From the IMG/VR virus record IMGVR_UViG_3300034150_000019, positions 1 through 26,393 of that record: a DNA stretch of 26,393 nucleotides; one strand, given 5' to 3'. Made by a program: the position numbers and the translations under genes. Under the pieces are notes generated by a model, which was given only the letters and a program-made list of their open reading frames with translations, was not told where the DNA came from and did no database searches. Below are positions 1 to 7,781 of this stretch, piece after piece; position 1 is the stretch's first letter; every line of letters starts with the position of its first letter. Origin of the DNA: a virus (Duplodnaviria > Caudoviricetes).

Positions 1-41
1 TCGACCGTCGTCTTCTTGATCGGATCGCCTACCTGTGACAT
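1..41 (-). CDS. Partial CDS (N-terminus MSQVGDPIKKTTV...), runs off the window
   Basis: ATG at 41 preceded by purine-rich GGAGAGAG right after the exonuclease stop; too short to assign a function. Confidence 0.55.
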   Translation of the reverse strand, partial: MSQVGDPIKKTTV

Positions 42-50
42 AACTCTCTC

Positions 51-1346
51 CTATCGATCTCTGTTTGTTTCAAAGCCATCGGCAAGCATGCCTTGCCAAT
101 CACTACCGTCGTCGGCTGCGATACAAGGCGCACGGAATGCACAGTTGAGACACATCCAGTTGCCGGTCGGGTTGGGATAGATCGGCAAGTCCGCGTCTAG
201 CATCTCTCTCGCTTGCTGTCTCAACTGTGTACCACACGCTTCTATCTCATACTTGTTCCGCGTGACGAGATCACGTTGTACGAATAGCGAGTCGCCGGTC
301 TCAAGCAGATAGGTGTAGTACTCCCGCGCCTTCGGTGTCTGGGTGAACCACTCCTGCAACACCGTGTCTGACTTGAGTGCAGCTTCGAATAGCTCGGCGG
401 TGGTACCCTCGTTCTTTCTATCAACCGACAGAGCTTTGCCTTGGTATGTTCGTGTAGGCTCTGTTGGATAGTTCTTGCGCAGTCCCGTGTACAACACACG
501 GTTGACTACTCCCCCCGACCATGGTAAGTCTTCCGTTTGTGACTCCATGATCGTCGCCCACAGATACGTTGTGCACTGTGGGTCTTTGTCCAGCTTGCGG
601 AAGTAGTCCTCACCAATGACAGCGGCAGTCTTGTGATCGTTGATCCCATACTTGTCGTACTCGGGATAGTAGATCACAGCATCGCGCTTGCCTCGTGCGT
701 GTACCTCTAGCTTCTTCCCGTAGTTCGGTGACTCCTCACGGAGATCGACTGTTTCGAACCCAAGTGGCACAGAGAATGTGGACTCTGCGGCTACCGTGAC
801 AAAATCGTCGTTCTTCTTCGCCCACTCACGATAGAACTCCATCATGCCGACACCTAGCGCCTTGTGCAGCATGAACTCCTCTTCGACAACCTCCACATTG
901 GGCAGCATCTCACGTAGACCACGTATCCGATACGCCTGTTGTACATTGCTTGCTACCATTGGCATAGAGGACATATCGATACCATCCGTAACGTGACCCT
1001 TTATCTTCTGCGGATGGATGTCATACGTGAGGTCGAGCCAGTCCTCACCGACGATACCACCGTTCCACTGCAATTCGAACCATGTTAGGAACGACTCAAG
1101 CGGATCGTGCTGGAGGATGGGATCGTAGTACTTCTCCAGAGCATAGTGAATTCCTGTGCCGAACCAAAGTTCCATCTTCACCCCTGCGATATCGACACGA
1201 CGACGCAGGTTGTTTCTCGCCGGACTCGTCCAATCCCAATAGCGACGACACCGCATGTAATTCGACACGTCGCTTGCATGGATCGGAATGATCTCATGCT
1301 TGTGCGGGATCGACGGGGGTCGGCTGACCACCTTCGTTGTACCCAT
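51..1346 (-). CDS. Cas4/RecB-like PD-(D/E)XK exonuclease with probable 4Fe-4S cluster
   Basis: N-terminal SDVSNYMRCRRYW and GTGIHYALE, nuclease motifs GKRDAV...INDHKT, QxxxY (PQCTTY), C-terminal CLNCAFRAPC. Start moved from 1475 to ATG 1346, which has an RBS-like GGAGAG and a promoter upstream. Confidence 0.88.
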   Translation of the reverse strand: MGTTKVVSRPPSIPHKHEIIPIHASDVSNYMRCRRYWDWTSPARNNLRRRVDIAGVKMELWFGTGIHYALEKYYDPILQHDPLESFLTWFELQWNGGIVGEDWLDLTYDIHPQKIKGHVTDGIDMSSMPMVASNVQQAYRIRGLREMLPNVEVVEEEFMLHKALGVGMMEFYREWAKKNDDFVTVAAESTFSVPLGFETVDLREESPNYGKKLEVHARGKRDAVIYYPEYDKYGINDHKTAAVIGEDYFRKLDKDPQCTTYLWATIMESQTEDLPWSGGVVNRVLYTGLRKNYPTEPTRTYQGKALSVDRKNEGTTAELFEAALKSDTVLQEWFTQTPKAREYYTYLLETGDSLFVQRDLVTRNKYEIEACGTQLRQQAREMLDADLPIYPNPTGNWMCLNCAFRAPCIAADDGSDWQGMLADGFETNRDR

Positions 1347-1380
1347 TCGAGTGCTCTCACTCTCCGTAAAGGAAGGGCCG

Positions 1381-1409
1381 AGGCTATCACACCCCGGCCC
1401 GGAAGTCAA
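1381..1409 (-). promoter_or_regulatory. Canonical sigma70/sigmaA-type promoter TTGACT-N17-TAGCCT with TGn extension
   Basis: Minus strand TTGACT TCCGGGCCGGGGTGTGA TAGCCT, about 35 bp upstream of the exonuclease ATG. Confidence 0.65.
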
Positions 1410-1609
1410 GGGCCAGTGCAGCCCCTGCACATTCTGAAACCGTTTGGTAACTGACCGGCATAGCGGACGAGGCAACAGTCAGATCGTACAGTCTCTGCCT
1501 CAACCGACTTCGCTTTTACGAATGTACGTCTCGGCATCGGAGCCAACTTCCCCTGCTCTCGAAGCTCAGCAAAGATTCGCTTTCGACGTTCGTTGGATTT
1601 CTTACCCAT
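1406..1609 (-). CDS. Small basic hypothetical protein with CC...CxxC
   Basis: 67-aa ORF, start overlaps the upstream stop, operon-like packing. Confidence 0.65.
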   Translation of the reverse strand: MGKKSNERRKRIFAELREQGKLAPMPRRTFVKAKSVEAETVRSDCCLVRYAGQLPNGFRMCRGCTGP

Positions 1610-1796
1610 CCTTGTACTTGCTCACGATCTTGAACTTGGACAATGTTGTGCCAAACTTGACTGACTGAAGCTCTAGCTTCTGGAGTGTCTTGAGCATCTT
1701 GTTGAACGCGAGAGTCGCAGCCGCAGAATGAACCCCTAGGCTTACGATTATCTTCGATGTGTGACGTGCTTGATACTTGTACATCTTGCGGCTCAT
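1602..1796 (-). CDS. Small basic hypothetical protein
   Basis: 64 aa; ATGA overlap with the upstream ORF, RBS GGAGG. Confidence 0.7.
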   Translation of the reverse strand: MSRKMYKYQARHTSKIIVSLGVHSAAATLAFNKMLKTLQKLELQSVKFGTTLSKFKIVSKYKDG

Positions 1797-1957
1797 ACGT
1801 CAGAGCCTCCGATCCGCTTATGTTCGTCCGCATCGGAGCGTGAGTATGCATAGCGCAGTCCTGCGAGTACATCTTCGTACCTCTTGGCTGATTGTTTCCT
1901 TCGTTCCATCCTCTCAACCAACTTCCACATTTGCAGTTTGTGGATCTTCTTGCTCAT
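1793..1957 (-). CDS. Hypothetical protein, 54 aa (MSKKIHKLQMWKLVERMERRKQSAKRYEDVLAGLRY...)
   Basis: Not in the ORF track; hand-translated, ATGA overlaps at both ends. Confidence 0.65.
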   Translation of the reverse strand: MSKKIHKLQMWKLVERMERRKQSAKRYEDVLAGLRYAYSRSDADEHKRIGGSDV

Positions 1958-2094
1958 CCGAACACCAGACCGACGAGGATACCGAATAGGAACCCAACTA
2001 TAAACAGTGCAACTAGTAACGTGGCAGCGAGGATGACAAATGCTCTGAAGTTACGTCTATCTGCCTCATTGTTCGTCGTTACCAATTCCATCAT
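1954..2094 (-). CDS. Small single-pass membrane protein
   Basis: Long hydrophobic C-terminal stretch AFVILAATLLVALFIVGFLFGILVGLVFG; start likely ATG 2094 rather than 2142. Confidence 0.7.
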   Translation of the reverse strand: MMELVTTNNEADRRNFRAFVILAATLLVALFIVGFLFGILVGLVFG

Positions 2095-2099
2095 ATCGT

Positions 2100-2240
2100 C
2101 TAGCTCTTCTCCTGAGAACCCTGTTGGCGTATTGCTTGACATCGGATACAGTATCCTTCCTTGTTGAAACCTGCAACACCCTCATATCTACGACAACCCT
2201 TACAACGTTGTCTCTTCCACTGTGTTCTACGCTTAGACAT
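2100..2240 (-). CDS. 46-aa zinc-finger-like protein (CKGC...CIRC)
   Basis: Hand-translated MSKRRTQWKRQRCKGCRRYEGVAGFNKEGYCIRCQAIRQQGSQEKS; fills the gap and overlaps the upstream stop. Confidence 0.55.
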   Translation of the reverse strand: MSKRRTQWKRQRCKGCRRYEGVAGFNKEGYCIRCQAIRQQGSQEKS

Positions 2241-2334
2241 CACGAGCCTCACGGCATCGCTTCACGCAGCGGAACAACCCCGCGCACGTCCGCCACTCGC
2301 GGCCACATATCCAGCAGCGAAGCAGGTCATTCAT
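2233..2334 (-). CDS. 33-aa Cys-rich peptide (CWIC...CVKRC)
   Basis: Hand-translated MNDLLRCWICGREWRTCAGLFRCVKRCREARDV; TGATG coupling with the upstream ORF. Confidence 0.45.
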   Translation of the reverse strand: MNDLLRCWICGREWRTCAGLFRCVKRCREARDV

Positions 2335-2444
2335 CACGCGCACCCCGCAATTAGGAGTCCGAACAGCGTTCCGAGCATGAACCCCAACACCAACGGGTGA
2401 AGGAATGCCCAGACGGTAGCGGCGCGGTCAGCCACGCGGGTCAC
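2334..2444 (-). CDS. 36-aa membrane peptide
   Basis: GTGA overlap with the upstream gene; MTRVADRAATVWAFLHPLVLGFMLGTLFGLLIAGCA. Confidence 0.5.
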   Translation of the reverse strand: MTRVADRAATVWAFLHPLVLGFMLGTLFGLLIAGCA

Positions 2445-2932
2445 TGGTCTGTCTCCCCGAGCGCGGCTCGGGAGCCGGTCAGAACCTCGCGTGCTCTGTA
2501 GAGGGGATGCCCGTCACTGGTCGGGTATTCGTCCGTCTCTTCGTAGTCCTCCACAAGGTCGCGCAGCGCCTCGGTGAGTTCCTGGTTGCGATCAAGGAGG
2601 ATCTGTTCGCGCTCGTGCGCTAGACCCAGCCCACGACTTCGCGCGTCGCGCTCCTCGGTGAGTTCACGATTGCGTGCCTCCGCAGCCTCCGCACGCAGCC
2701 TCCATCCATCTCCCGCCAACCGCGCCCAGCTACGTTCTTGTTCGGCCTGCACCACACGCTCGCGCCACGCATCGCGGAACCCGGCAAGGTCGTCCACCAG
2801 CGCGAGCCGGGTCTCCACACCATCCAGGGCGGCGCGGATCTCCCGTTCCCACTGATCCACTTCGTCGTCCTGGGGCGTGCGGTTGACGATCCAACCGACT
2901 AGGCGTCGGATGGTGGCGATCTCAGTCGACAA
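2441..2932 (-). CDS. Coiled-coil hypothetical protein (GC-rich)
   Basis: Heptad-like RAEAAEARNRELTEE/RNQELTEALRDL; likely start TTG 2932 near the helicase stop (track start 3028 overlaps the helicase too far). Confidence 0.7.
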   Translation of the reverse strand: MSTEIATIRRLVGWIVNRTPQDDEVDQWEREIRAALDGVETRLALVDDLAGFRDAWRERVVQAEQERSWARLAGDGWRLRAEAAEARNRELTEERDARSRGLGLAHEREQILLDRNQELTEALRDLVEDYEETDEYPTSDGHPLYRAREVLTGSRAALGETDQ

Positions 2933-4439
2933 AGATTTGATTGAACCACTTGCCCTTGATATCGAGCTTTGACTTGATGTATGCATCGATTGTACCCCTT
3001 GCGTTGATGTAGATAACTTCGACTGCATTCTTCTGGCCTGGTCGATAGACTCTACCGATTGCCTGCATCATCTGTGCAGGAGACCATGCGCGGTCGAGGA
3101 AGATGAGGTACTGCGCACAGGTGAGATTGATTGACTCTCCACCGAGTGCGAGCGTAGAAAGAAACACCTTGTTATGAGGCAGGCGGAATTCATGACTCCA
3201 CTTGCGATAGCGCATGTCCTCACTGTCTGCTTGCTGCATGTGCACGTAGTCGATACGAGCCTTGTCTAGTCGCACCTTCAGCAAGTCGAGTGGCCCTCTA
3301 AAGTTGGAGAAGACAACCACCTTCTGCTCTGGATCGTCAAGCTCTTTGAATATTTCCATTACGACATCGAGCTTGCCAGATGGCTCAGTCAGTGTAACAT
3401 CAGTAACAACACGATTGACGTTACTGTCGAAACGACGCTGCTCAACAAGAGGAGTTGCCACGCAGATTTGCCGTAGCCTGTTGAACTGGGATACCACGTT
3501 AGGGGAAGCGAGCGTTGCTCCTGCTGCATCAAGCGTTTGTAGTGTCGCTTTGATTTCTGCATACATCCTCTTTTGTTCACCGTTGAGATCGATCTCATGC
3601 ACACTCTCGATTGGCTTGTCGATACCCTTGTGTACGACTGCCATCGTGTGACGTGGGCCGAGTCGCTTGCGTAGATCACGGAACTCGGTGACTGTACCGG
3701 GCTTGAGTCCACGGATCACGGTATACCCACGTGCGTCCAGATACTCGTCGCAGAAGTGACGACGGAACTTCCAGTACCCACTCCACTCAGAGGGATAGAG
3801 GAAGTTGAGCAAGCTCCATATCTCGGCAGGGTTGTTGACAAACCCCGTGCCTGTCATGATGTGCTTGTTCTTTGCCTTCAGCTTCTTGATGTTGACTGTC
3901 CACTGCGCCTTGGGATTCTTCAATCTGTGTGCTTCATCGCACATGATCATGTCCCACTCGATAGCCCGCAGCTTGTCGAGGATACCCATCCCCCCGTTGT
4001 TGCGCTTGCGTGACGACTCGTTCGCTGCCTTCGTGAAGACATCGTAGTGAGCGAGGAGAATCATGGGCGCATTGTGCTTGCGGGACTTGATCGTGGCGAG
4101 AATCGTATCGAGCGTGTCCTCGTCCTTCTCGAAGTCGTTCACACGTAGCGTGACCGTATGAATCCCCAAGTTGTACAGTTCCCAATTCTCAGGCAGGCAA
4201 CGATAGAAGTCAGAGAAGTACGCACCCTTCCCCACCTTCGACGTGATAATGAGCGCATTCTTGATCTTCTTACGCTTGAGTAGCCATAGCGCAGTCGAAG
4301 TCTTGAAGCATCCCATCTGCGACCAGTTGGCCGAGTAGGGCATCGGCCCAAGGTAGTTCAGGTCGCGCTCCTGCCATGCACGAGGATGGTACGTGTCGGT
4401 CGGAACTACAAGTTCCAGACCTAGCTCGGCTGGCGTCAT
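2922..4439 (-). CDS. SNF2-family (SF2) DNA helicase/ATPase
   Basis: Q-motif (RAWQ), motif I QMGCFKT, DEAH, TGT, NNPAEIWSLLNFL, RLRQIC, KVVVFS, GESINLT, QAIGRVYRPGQ; strong RBS AAGGGAGGT. Confidence 0.95.
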   Translation of the reverse strand: MTPAELGLELVVPTDTYHPRAWQERDLNYLGPMPYSANWSQMGCFKTSTALWLLKRKKIKNALIITSKVGKGAYFSDFYRCLPENWELYNLGIHTVTLRVNDFEKDEDTLDTILATIKSRKHNAPMILLAHYDVFTKAANESSRKRNNGGMGILDKLRAIEWDMIMCDEAHRLKNPKAQWTVNIKKLKAKNKHIMTGTGFVNNPAEIWSLLNFLYPSEWSGYWKFRRHFCDEYLDARGYTVIRGLKPGTVTEFRDLRKRLGPRHTMAVVHKGIDKPIESVHEIDLNGEQKRMYAEIKATLQTLDAAGATLASPNVVSQFNRLRQICVATPLVEQRRFDSNVNRVVTDVTLTEPSGKLDVVMEIFKELDDPEQKVVVFSNFRGPLDLLKVRLDKARIDYVHMQQADSEDMRYRKWSHEFRLPHNKVFLSTLALGGESINLTCAQYLIFLDRAWSPAQMMQAIGRVYRPGQKNAVEVIYINARGTIDAYIKSKLDIKGKWFNQIFVD

Positions 4440-4448
4440 TTGATTTCC

Positions 4449-4931
4449 TTACCTCCCTTGGTTCTCTCGTATGGTAGCAAGAGCTTGCGCGGTTGTCAAG
4501 CCCGACTTGCGCAGTCTTGCAAACTTGGCATACGCAGAGTGACACTTACGATTGTTCTTCCCCTTGTGAAATAGGTCTCCCTCTCGTCCCCCTTTGATCG
4601 GTCGATGGCATGCCTGACAGATAGGACGAACCATCTTGACAACGATGAGCTTGGCCTGCCAGAGACTGTAGCCTTTGGCAACCATGAGGAATTCTACTTC
4701 GTCCTCGTACTTGATAAACCAAAGCTCTTGTCGACAAGTATGGCACGTAGTACGTCCGTGCCCTATCGGTAACACATCGCCACATCGACTGCATTGCGGC
4801 CGCGTTTCGTTTGAACCGACGCACTTGTTGCACCATCCGACATCTTGATTGAACGAGAGGTAGTTCACCCACTCCCCACAGGAGGGGCAGTACTCTTCGA
4901 GCCTATCGAGTATTGCTACCAGGGACGCCAC
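4449..4931 (-). CDS. Multi-zinc-finger hypothetical protein
   Basis: CPSC, CNKC, CSRC, CHTC, CQAC pairs in 160 aa. Confidence 0.8.
   Translation of the reverse strand: MASLVAILDRLEEYCPSCGEWVNYLSFNQDVGWCNKCVGSNETRPQCSRCGDVLPIGHGRTTCHTCRQELWFIKYEDEVEFLMVAKGYSLWQAKLIVVKMVRPICQACHRPIKGGREGDLFHKGKNNRKCHSAYAKFARLRKSGLTTAQALATIRENQGR
4471..4499 (-). promoter_or_regulatory. Canonical promoter TTGACA-N17-TACCAT (TGn extended) for the helicase
   Basis: Minus strand TTGACA ACCGCGCAAGCTCTTGC TACCAT, about 30 bp upstream of the helicase ATG. Confidence 0.7.
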
Positions 4932-5089
4932 CTATTCATAGGCTCGGCGTTCACAAAGAACCACCGCTTGTAACGTGGGCATTCAGGACGCTCGCACCTA
5001 TTGCGCGTGACTAGCTCGTTGTTCTCTTGGTAAGTCTCAGCCTCCCACTTGTGCAACCCAACCGCACACAGGAGTCTACCCTTGGTCAT
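4916..5089 (-). CDS. Small metal-binding protein (LLCAVGLHKW...CERPEC), DUF1660-like
   Basis: CxxxxHxW...CxxxxC pattern common in phage small proteins; TAATG coupling with the Rpf gene stop. Confidence 0.65.
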   Translation of the reverse strand: MTKGRLLCAVGLHKWEAETYQENNELVTRNRCERPECPRYKRWFFVNAEPMNRWRPW

Positions 5090-5580
5090 TACGCACACCC
5101 CCATCCTGTGTATCCGTAGCGAGCATAGATTGCCAACGCTACCCGATACTGTTGCTCTGGTGTAGCAAGGTATGCCTCGCTTGGAAAGCCGAAGCTATTG
5201 AATCTATCCCAACTAGAGACAGCAAATCCGAATGCGCCCTGGTAATTACCAGAATTGTGGCGCCAGTTAGTGTGGGTCTCGCATCGGATGATGTCACGCC
5301 ACTTCCATGGCAGGAACTCGCCGGAGTATACGAATCGCTCGATCTGGTCGAGCTTGCGCGTTGACCACCTATGCGCTTTACCCTGCGTCTTGACCACACG
5401 CTTGCCAATCTTGCTGTGTGCTGGCTTCGTATGGTTAGCGAAGAATCTCAACGTATCCTCTGCATGATCTTGTATTTTTACATATCGCGTTCTTTTATTC
5501 TGGTAGTTCTCGGGAGTGATCCCACTAGTTGCATTCCCTACTACGCATAGCGCCAGTAGAGCAACTGCGATGGACTTCAT
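5089..5580 (-). CDS. Secreted resuscitation-promoting-factor (Rpf)-like lytic transglycosylase
   Basis: Signal-peptide-like MKSIAVALLALCVVGNA; C-terminal WRDIIRCET..NW...GNYQGAFGF..SSW...AYLATPEQQYRVALAIY...GYTGWGC matches the Rpf domain pattern including catalytic Glu and both Cys. Confidence 0.85.
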   Translation of the reverse strand: MKSIAVALLALCVVGNATSGITPENYQNKRTRYVKIQDHAEDTLRFFANHTKPAHSKIGKRVVKTQGKAHRWSTRKLDQIERFVYSGEFLPWKWRDIIRCETHTNWRHNSGNYQGAFGFAVSSWDRFNSFGFPSEAYLATPEQQYRVALAIYARYGYTGWGCA

Positions 5581-5604
5581 CCGTTTGTACCCCTTGTTTG
5601 TTTG

Positions 5605-5712
5605 CATGAATGCGACGAGACTCGGGGTTGCAGCGTCGCGTCTGCCTTACCGAGTCTCGTCATTCTTACCAAGGGAGGTAAGGCTCTGACCGTAGCAGCT
5701 AGCCTCCCTTGT
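5605..5712 (-). ncRNA. Structured leader/sRNA carrying an anti-RBS sequence
   Basis: Stem GACGAGACTCGG/CCGAGTCTCGTC (extended stem 5608-5665), hairpin CTTACC-TCCCTT-GGTAAG, 16-nt complement of the helicase RBS at 5668-5683. Confidence 0.45.
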
Positions 5713-5718
5713 TGTCAA
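5689..5718 (-). promoter_or_regulatory. Putative canonical promoter TTGACA-N18-TACGGT (TGn extended)
   Basis: Minus strand TTGACA ACAAGGGAGGCTAGCTGC TACGGT upstream of the Rpf leader. Confidence 0.5.
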
Positions 5719-6046
5719 CCCCCCGACGCAAGCGCCGGAGACCGTCAATCTGTAGGAAGTCTGGATCGCTGGCCCGCGTGTAGAAACCGTACTCACTCTC
5801 ACTTGCAGGGATACCATCGAATTCCAACCGCACCACAGCGGACATACGCTTGGGCAATTTGTGTCCTGCATCCTGACGGGCAACGATACGTGCGAGCATG
5901 AAGTTCTTCATCTGCTCTGCGATGCCATTCACTGCACCCATCGAGAATGTCGTGTTCGGTGTCTGATCCTCACGTGTCAGCTCGAAGATCATTTCATCAC
6001 CGAACTCTGGCATCATCGCCATCTTATAGAAGTCTACCTGATCCAT
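5699..6046 (-). CDS. Hypothetical protein
   Basis: 115 aa, RBS AGGAGGT, contiguous with neighbours. Confidence 0.8.
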   Translation of the reverse strand: MDQVDFYKMAMMPEFGDEMIFELTREDQTPNTTFSMGAVNGIAEQMKNFMLARIVARQDAGHKLPKRMSAVVRLEFDGIPASESEYGFYTRASDPDFLQIDGLRRLRRGVDNKGG

Positions 6047-6048
6047 GC

Positions 6049-6312
6049 TTACCTCCTGGGGAATTGCTTGTCGAGACCGACCTCAGTGACCCACGGCCAC
6101 GTACGCCAGTCATCTTGCATGATGTCAGCGACTCTCGATAGCTTCTCTGCACGATCACTAAGCGGGATAATCTTATCGGTCACAGCACCATACTTCCCTT
6201 CCAGTGACACTATCGTGCGACGAATACCAGTCCGTCTCTTTTCTAGTACTGCGATCTGTTTGGCGATCTTCTGCATCTCACGCAGTACCATGATTGTGCG
6301 TATCTCTGCCAT
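6049..6312 (-). CDS. Coiled-coil hypothetical protein
   Basis: 87 aa, RBS GAGGT, helical periodicity. Confidence 0.75.
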   Translation of the reverse strand: MAEIRTIMVLREMQKIAKQIAVLEKRRTGIRRTIVSLEGKYGAVTDKIIPLSDRAEKLSRVADIMQDDWRTWPWVTEVGLDKQFPRR

Positions 6313-6314
6313 GA

Positions 6315-7310
6315 TTACCTCGCGAAGTTGAAGACACGACGATCACTCAACACGAGGGGTTTATCTTCTGGCCCCTTGATGTATGAGTGAATGTAGACGT
6401 AGTCGTGTGTCTTGGACTTAGAATAGTACTGTCTGCGCCAGTGCCCTTGCACTGCCCAACGACGTGACCACTCCACCTTCTGTGGTTCCTCGTCGTCTTT
6501 CTTCACAGACTTACGCCGAAGTGTGATGAGTGTGATCAGTCTCTCGTTCTCTCCATACTCACGCTCATAGCGACGACGTGTCGCACGATCAGGACGCATG
6601 CGCACTGGCTCACCGATCTTCTGCTGAGCTATCAGTTGCATGGCGATGAATAGCTTGAGTGTCTCTTCCACGATCCTTGTACCACTGACGTTCATCTCAG
6701 GATCATCTGTGAATACTGTGCGTCCAAACCGTGTGGGGTAGAAATGCTGCAATGACAGGGGCGGGATCGATACGTTCTTCTCACGTAGCAAGTCAAGATA
6801 CTCGTGGTTGTAGTCATCGAGTGGATCAGTCGGATCGACAAGGAAGAAGATGATCAGTCCCATCCCTCTGTCACCGACGACATCAGGACTGTCCGATCTG
6901 TTGATCATCTGCTTCGACCATGCGATACCGTGAAACAGAATCTTCTTATCGTGTCGGTCGACACCGATAATCGGCTCTTCGAATAGGCAGAACCCATTCG
7001 GTGTGATCAACACGTGCTCATCGAATTCTGCATCGGCAGGAAGATCATGCGCAGCTTGCATGAGAATGTGCATCATGTCACTCGTGACGAACAACGTATC
7101 CGCACGCCACAGAGTTTCAGTCAGTACCTTGTGAAGATGCACGCTAGCCTGTGCATTCAGACCATCGGTATGATCTGGCATACCAGCCGTGATCCTATCG
7201 AGAACATCACCGAAGAACATGTAGTTGTACAAGGTGCCAGTGTTGGACAGGCACCACTTGTGATACTCCATCTGCTGATCCAGTGCTCGATGCCATCCTT
7301 CTATGCGCAT
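6315..7310 (-). CDS. Conserved-type phage protein with C-terminal WxVxGHWRxQ...YIHSYIKGP motif
   Basis: 331 aa; motif recurrent in phage proteins of unknown function; RBS AAGGGAGGT and short-spacer promoter upstream. Confidence 0.85.
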   Translation of the reverse strand: MRIEGWHRALDQQMEYHKWCLSNTGTLYNYMFFGDVLDRITAGMPDHTDGLNAQASVHLHKVLTETLWRADTLFVTSDMMHILMQAAHDLPADAEFDEHVLITPNGFCLFEEPIIGVDRHDKKILFHGIAWSKQMINRSDSPDVVGDRGMGLIIFFLVDPTDPLDDYNHEYLDLLREKNVSIPPLSLQHFYPTRFGRTVFTDDPEMNVSGTRIVEETLKLFIAMQLIAQQKIGEPVRMRPDRATRRRYEREYGENERLITLITLRRKSVKKDDEEPQKVEWSRRWAVQGHWRRQYYSKSKTHDYVYIHSYIKGPEDKPLVLSDRRVFNFAR

Positions 7311-7337
7311 ACGAAACCTCCCTTGGTCTACGCAAGA

Positions 7338-7359
7338 ATTGTAGCACCTATGTCAAGTG
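7338..7359 (-). promoter_or_regulatory. Short-spacer promoter-like element CACTTGACA-N7-TACAAT
   Basis: Minus strand CACTTGACA TAGGTGC TACAAT, 28 bp upstream of ATG 7310. Confidence 0.6.
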
Positions 7360-7502
7360 AGGCTCAAGGCGTGCACTATCAGTGAGATCACGCCGAACCA
7401 CCCGAGGACTAACAAGAGACAGTATAACTTGTGCAAGAGTGGGTAATGCGGTTCGCGTAGTTGCAGACTACCAACCGCTCTTTCATAAGAAAGCTACTAT
7501 AT

Positions 7503-7649
7503 CTATTCGTCGTGAAGCTCATCACTATCGAGCCACACGCCGAAGTTGAACATCACGATCTGAATAAACATAGCGTCGATGTAATCCTGCTCGCTCTCGA
7601 AGAACGACAGGAACTCGTCACGGTTGTGATAGCGCTGTGTCCAATTCAT
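7503..7649 (-). CDS. Small acidic hypothetical protein (MNWTQRYHNRDEFLSFFESEQD...)
   Basis: 48 aa; possible SD GGTGA lies inside the 3' arm of the upstream stem. Confidence 0.4.
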   Translation of the reverse strand: MNWTQRYHNRDEFLSFFESEQDYIDAMFIQIVMFNFGVWLDSDELHDE

Positions 7650-7650
7650 C

Positions 7651-7736
7651 GTGATCACCATGAGTGGTAGAGCTGGGGAGGGGCGCAGCGGGGTAGGTGC
7701 CGCGCACACTCTTACTCTACCACTCATGCTGATCAC
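7651..7736 (-). repeat. 22-bp inverted repeat (1 mismatch) forming a long RNA stem with C-rich loop
   Basis: GTGATCACCATGAGTGGTAGAG (7651-7672) vs CTCTACCACTCATGCTGATCAC (7715-7736). Confidence 0.85.
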
Positions 7737-7781
7737 GAATCAACTACTTTCGTAGTCTATCGTGTCAGCATTGTTACAGTA

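Noticed and set aside
51-1346. Cas4-like gene as evidence of a CRISPR-Cas system
   Set aside because: No repeat-spacer array or other cas genes; solo Cas4/RecB-like nucleases are common phage recombination genes.
1516-1917. 133-aa minus-strand ORF in the track
   Set aside because: Overlaps three better-coupled small ORFs in other frames.
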